From Nemertoderma westbladi (taxonomy: Eukaryota; Animalia; Xenacoelomorpha): 64,000 nucleotides of DNA. The position numbers were made by a program, and so were the translations under genes. Shown here piece after piece: positions 61,239 to 64,000 of the stretch (its first letter is position 1; the number at the start of each line of letters is the position of its first letter). The DNA is taken from contig JAUCBJ010008054.1 of assembly GCA_032718475.1 (NCBI GenBank), forward strand, positions 1,331 through 65,330. The letters are read 5' to 3'. A model generated the notes under the pieces. The model made no database searches. It saw nothing but the letters and a program-made list of their open reading frames with translations, and had not been told where the DNA came from.

Positions 61239-61877
61239 TTGAAACGACAAGTGACATTGGACAGCTACGAAGTGTCTCTTGTTACTTCATGGGCTAGAAC
61301 AATGCCGTTGAAGTATATGACTGTACCTCGTGGAGAGCTGCAAGCCGGGACGTTATCCACCGACATTGTCAGTTTAGTTCAACGCGAGCTGGAGGCTAAC
61401 TTGAAGGTCACATATTGGATGGATGCGACGTTGGTACTTTGGTACATAAACAGCGAAACATTTAAGTTCAAGACTTTCGTAGCCAACAGACGGGCTGAAA
61501 TATTGGACCGGTCGCTCAAACAAGATTGGCGTCACTGTCCAGGGAAGCTGAACCCAGCTGACATCGCGTCACGGGGGATGCTACCGATCGACTTTTGTAA
61601 ACTGGACAATAAATCCTTTTGGTTTAGAGGACCCGATTTCCTACAGCGACCATCAGACGAATGGCCACCGTTATTCGACGCGACAACCAATACCATACCA
61701 GAGGGTGCCGAGATAAAAATTGACACAGTTGTCAAATCTAAAGCGAAAGCCAATGCCAAGGTCAAGAGGAAACAAGGACGGACGAAATCTGATAACCTGG
61801 ACGCTAGACCTGACATTACGCCAGATGTCTCACCAGACTCTCGACCAGACGCTTGTATGAATCTTTCACCGGATTAG
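61239..61877 (+). pseudogene. BEL/Pao pol RNase H region fragment
   Basis: TVPRGELQA..YWMDATLVLWYI..FKTFVANR..WRHCPGKLNPADIASRG..WFRGPDFL. Confidence 0.9.
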
Positions 61878-61889
61878 ACCTGACAGTCC

Positions 61890-63762
61890 TATAAATCCTC
61901 GTCCGATTCCAACGGTCGGCTTAACATCGGATCAAGTTTCTACAACGCTGGGAGGAAGTCGAAAGGGTAGGACCGTTCCGTCCATTGACACCTCGCTCTC
62001 TGACGTCGTTTGAATCCTAATGGGTTCCGGCAAAGCGTATCCTGTCCCTCCGCGTGGTTCTCTAGCAAGGGAAACTGTGCCCCGAGTCATCCGGATTTGC
62101 GACTTCGATGTCGTCCTCTCGGCGACATTTACTACTTTCTTTATCTCTTGTCCGGCCTTTTGGGCTCTGAGTATACGAAGTTGTGGATCATCTTGTGGGT
62201 GACGCGTCTTTTCAGCTAACGGCGTGGCCTTGAAGCCAGTCTCACGCAAAACGTCGGTCTCGTCTAGAATGCACGAGGTTACGCGTTTGTGATAAAATAC
62301 GCTCCTGTATGCCCAAGCTATCAAATGCCAAGCTCCTCGATTCCGCTGTTCAACTCGCAATTTGTCGAATTCCCCGGCGGTAATCTTGTTCACCACAGTT
62401 TGAAAGTTCCAAGTATTCTTGTTGTACCTGTAGAAAGTAGTCCCGCACAACTTTAAATCCGCTATCCAGTGGCAATATATCCAACACCTCCAGAAGTTTG
62501 TCGTACTGAGGCATAGCCGACATGCTCATCTGCTAGATTCTCCCAATGGTCGAATAGCTGTCGAACGATTTTAACTGACATATGCTCATAGGGAACGTCT
62601 CTAAGTTGACATTCGGACGCCCTATGGCCTTTAATATTACAATATGTGCACTGCGCCACGAAACGCCAGCAAGTGTAGAAAGTGTGCGAACGCTGATCCC
62701 CGCACCAGTTGCATACCAAGTCCGGTAGAGATATGTGTTTCGCTCCGCATTTCTTTGCGTGGTGGCCAGTTGCCCCGCATCTGCCACAAATAGTGTTGGC
62801 AGGGTACCAAACTCGCTCATAGATAAGATCTCCGATGGGGCGAGCGCTACCGTCCACGTGATAATTCTCAACATGTATAGACACAGCGATGCCGTTTCCC
62901 TATGAGAGCACACTTGGGATTTTGGGCCGTAGACCCTCTCATAATGTCGAAAGAAGGATACGTGTCAGCTATGTCTCAATACGATGAACTCTTGGAGGTG
63001 CTGGATATATTGCCATTGGATAGCGGATTTAAGGATGTGTGGGACTACTTTCTACAGGTACACCCCGACAACAAGAACACTTGGAACTTTCAAACTATGG
63101 TGAACAAGATTACCGCCGGGGAATTCGACAAATTGCGAGTCGAACAGCGGAATCGAGGAGCCTGGCATTCGATAGCTTGGGCATACTGGAGCGCATTTTA
63201 TCACAAACGCGTAACCTCGTGTATTCTAGACGAGACGGACGTTTTGCGTGAGACTGGCTTCAAGGCCACGCCGTTAGCCGAAGAGACGCATCACCCACAG
63301 GATGATCCGCAACTTCGTATACTTAGAGCCCAGAAGGCCGGACAAGAGATAAAGAAGGTAGTAAATGTCACTGAGAGGACGACATCGAAGTCGCAAATTT
63401 GGATGACTCGGGGCACGGTTTCCCTCACTAGAGAACCACGCGGAGGGACAGGATACGCTTTTCCGGAACCCATTAGAATTCAGACGACGTCAGAGAGCGA
63501 GGTGTCAGCGGACGGAACAGTCCCACCCTTTCGACTTCCTCCTAGCGTTGTGGAGACTCGATCCGATGTTAAGCCAACAATTGGAATTGGACGAGGATTT
63601 AGAGGACTGAGCGCACGACGGATGTGTGAAACTCCCGTCATCCCCTTTCCTAGCGTTTTGGAACCACCGACAGCTCGACACCGAAGTCCGAGTCCAGTTC
63701 GATCCCGACCACCACCCAATCGTATTAGAGGGTGTGGACGAGCCCGTTCGGCCAAGGAATAG
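61890..63762. mobile_element. Head-to-head inverted pair of retroelement accessory-ORF fragments; the minus copy carries a triple zinc knuckle
   Basis: About 61890-62530 (minus) and 62950-63610 (plus) encode nearly identical peptides (NKNTWNFQT..PPSVVET); CGRCGATGHHAKKC / CNWCGDQRSHTFYTC / CTYCNIKGHRASEC lie at 62462-62884. Confidence 0.7.
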
Positions 63763-64000
63763 GAGAGCGAGATGAAGAAAGGAAGGCTTGCGAGCCTACC
63801 GATTGGATATTTATATTTGAATATTATATTTGGATGTTATATTGGATATTTTATTTGGATATTTATATTTGATATTTATATTTTGGTATTTATATTGAAC
63901 GTTGGTTTTGGAGGAGCGAGATAGAGAATGAAGGCTTGCGAGCCTACCTTTAGCAATTAGTGCTCAGGAGAAGATATCCAGACCAGCAGGACGAACTTGT

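Overview
Eukaryotic (animal-like, AT-rich) genomic DNA consisting almost entirely of nested, fragmented mobile elements. It is not prokaryotic, and I see no rRNA, tRNA or CRISPR array. (1) Two intact, intronless, head-to-head host-type transporter genes: an SLC25 mitochondrial carrier and an MFSD9-like MFS protein. (2) Two diverged endogenous Polinton/Maverick (adintovirus-like) morphogenesis modules in opposite orientation. Copy 1 (41.1-46.4 kb, minus) has an integrase C-terminus, TWO tandem pentons, a core/pX-like protein, a major capsid, an adenain protease and a DEDD/Maelstrom-like protein. Copy 2 (54.7-57.2 kb, plus) is partial. No pPolB, packaging ATPase or Polinton termini are visible. 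(3) Nearby intronless virus-like ORFs resembling TATA-binding protein, PC4 and an OB-fold/Zn protein (two relatives). (4) At least six BEL/Pao LTR fragments, two associated with an extra triple zinc-knuckle ORF; a Penelope-like RT; Ginger, piggyBac-like, CACTA/CMC-like, HINE and MITE elements; a Pif1-like helicase fragment; and many satellites. The most notable observations are a fully open four-exon chimeric ORF joining a CMC-transposon accessory protein in frame to the Polinton integrase C-terminus, and a possible large Polinton carrying its own TBP, PC4 and Maelstrom-like genes. All family assignments come from motif recognition by eye, not database searches.
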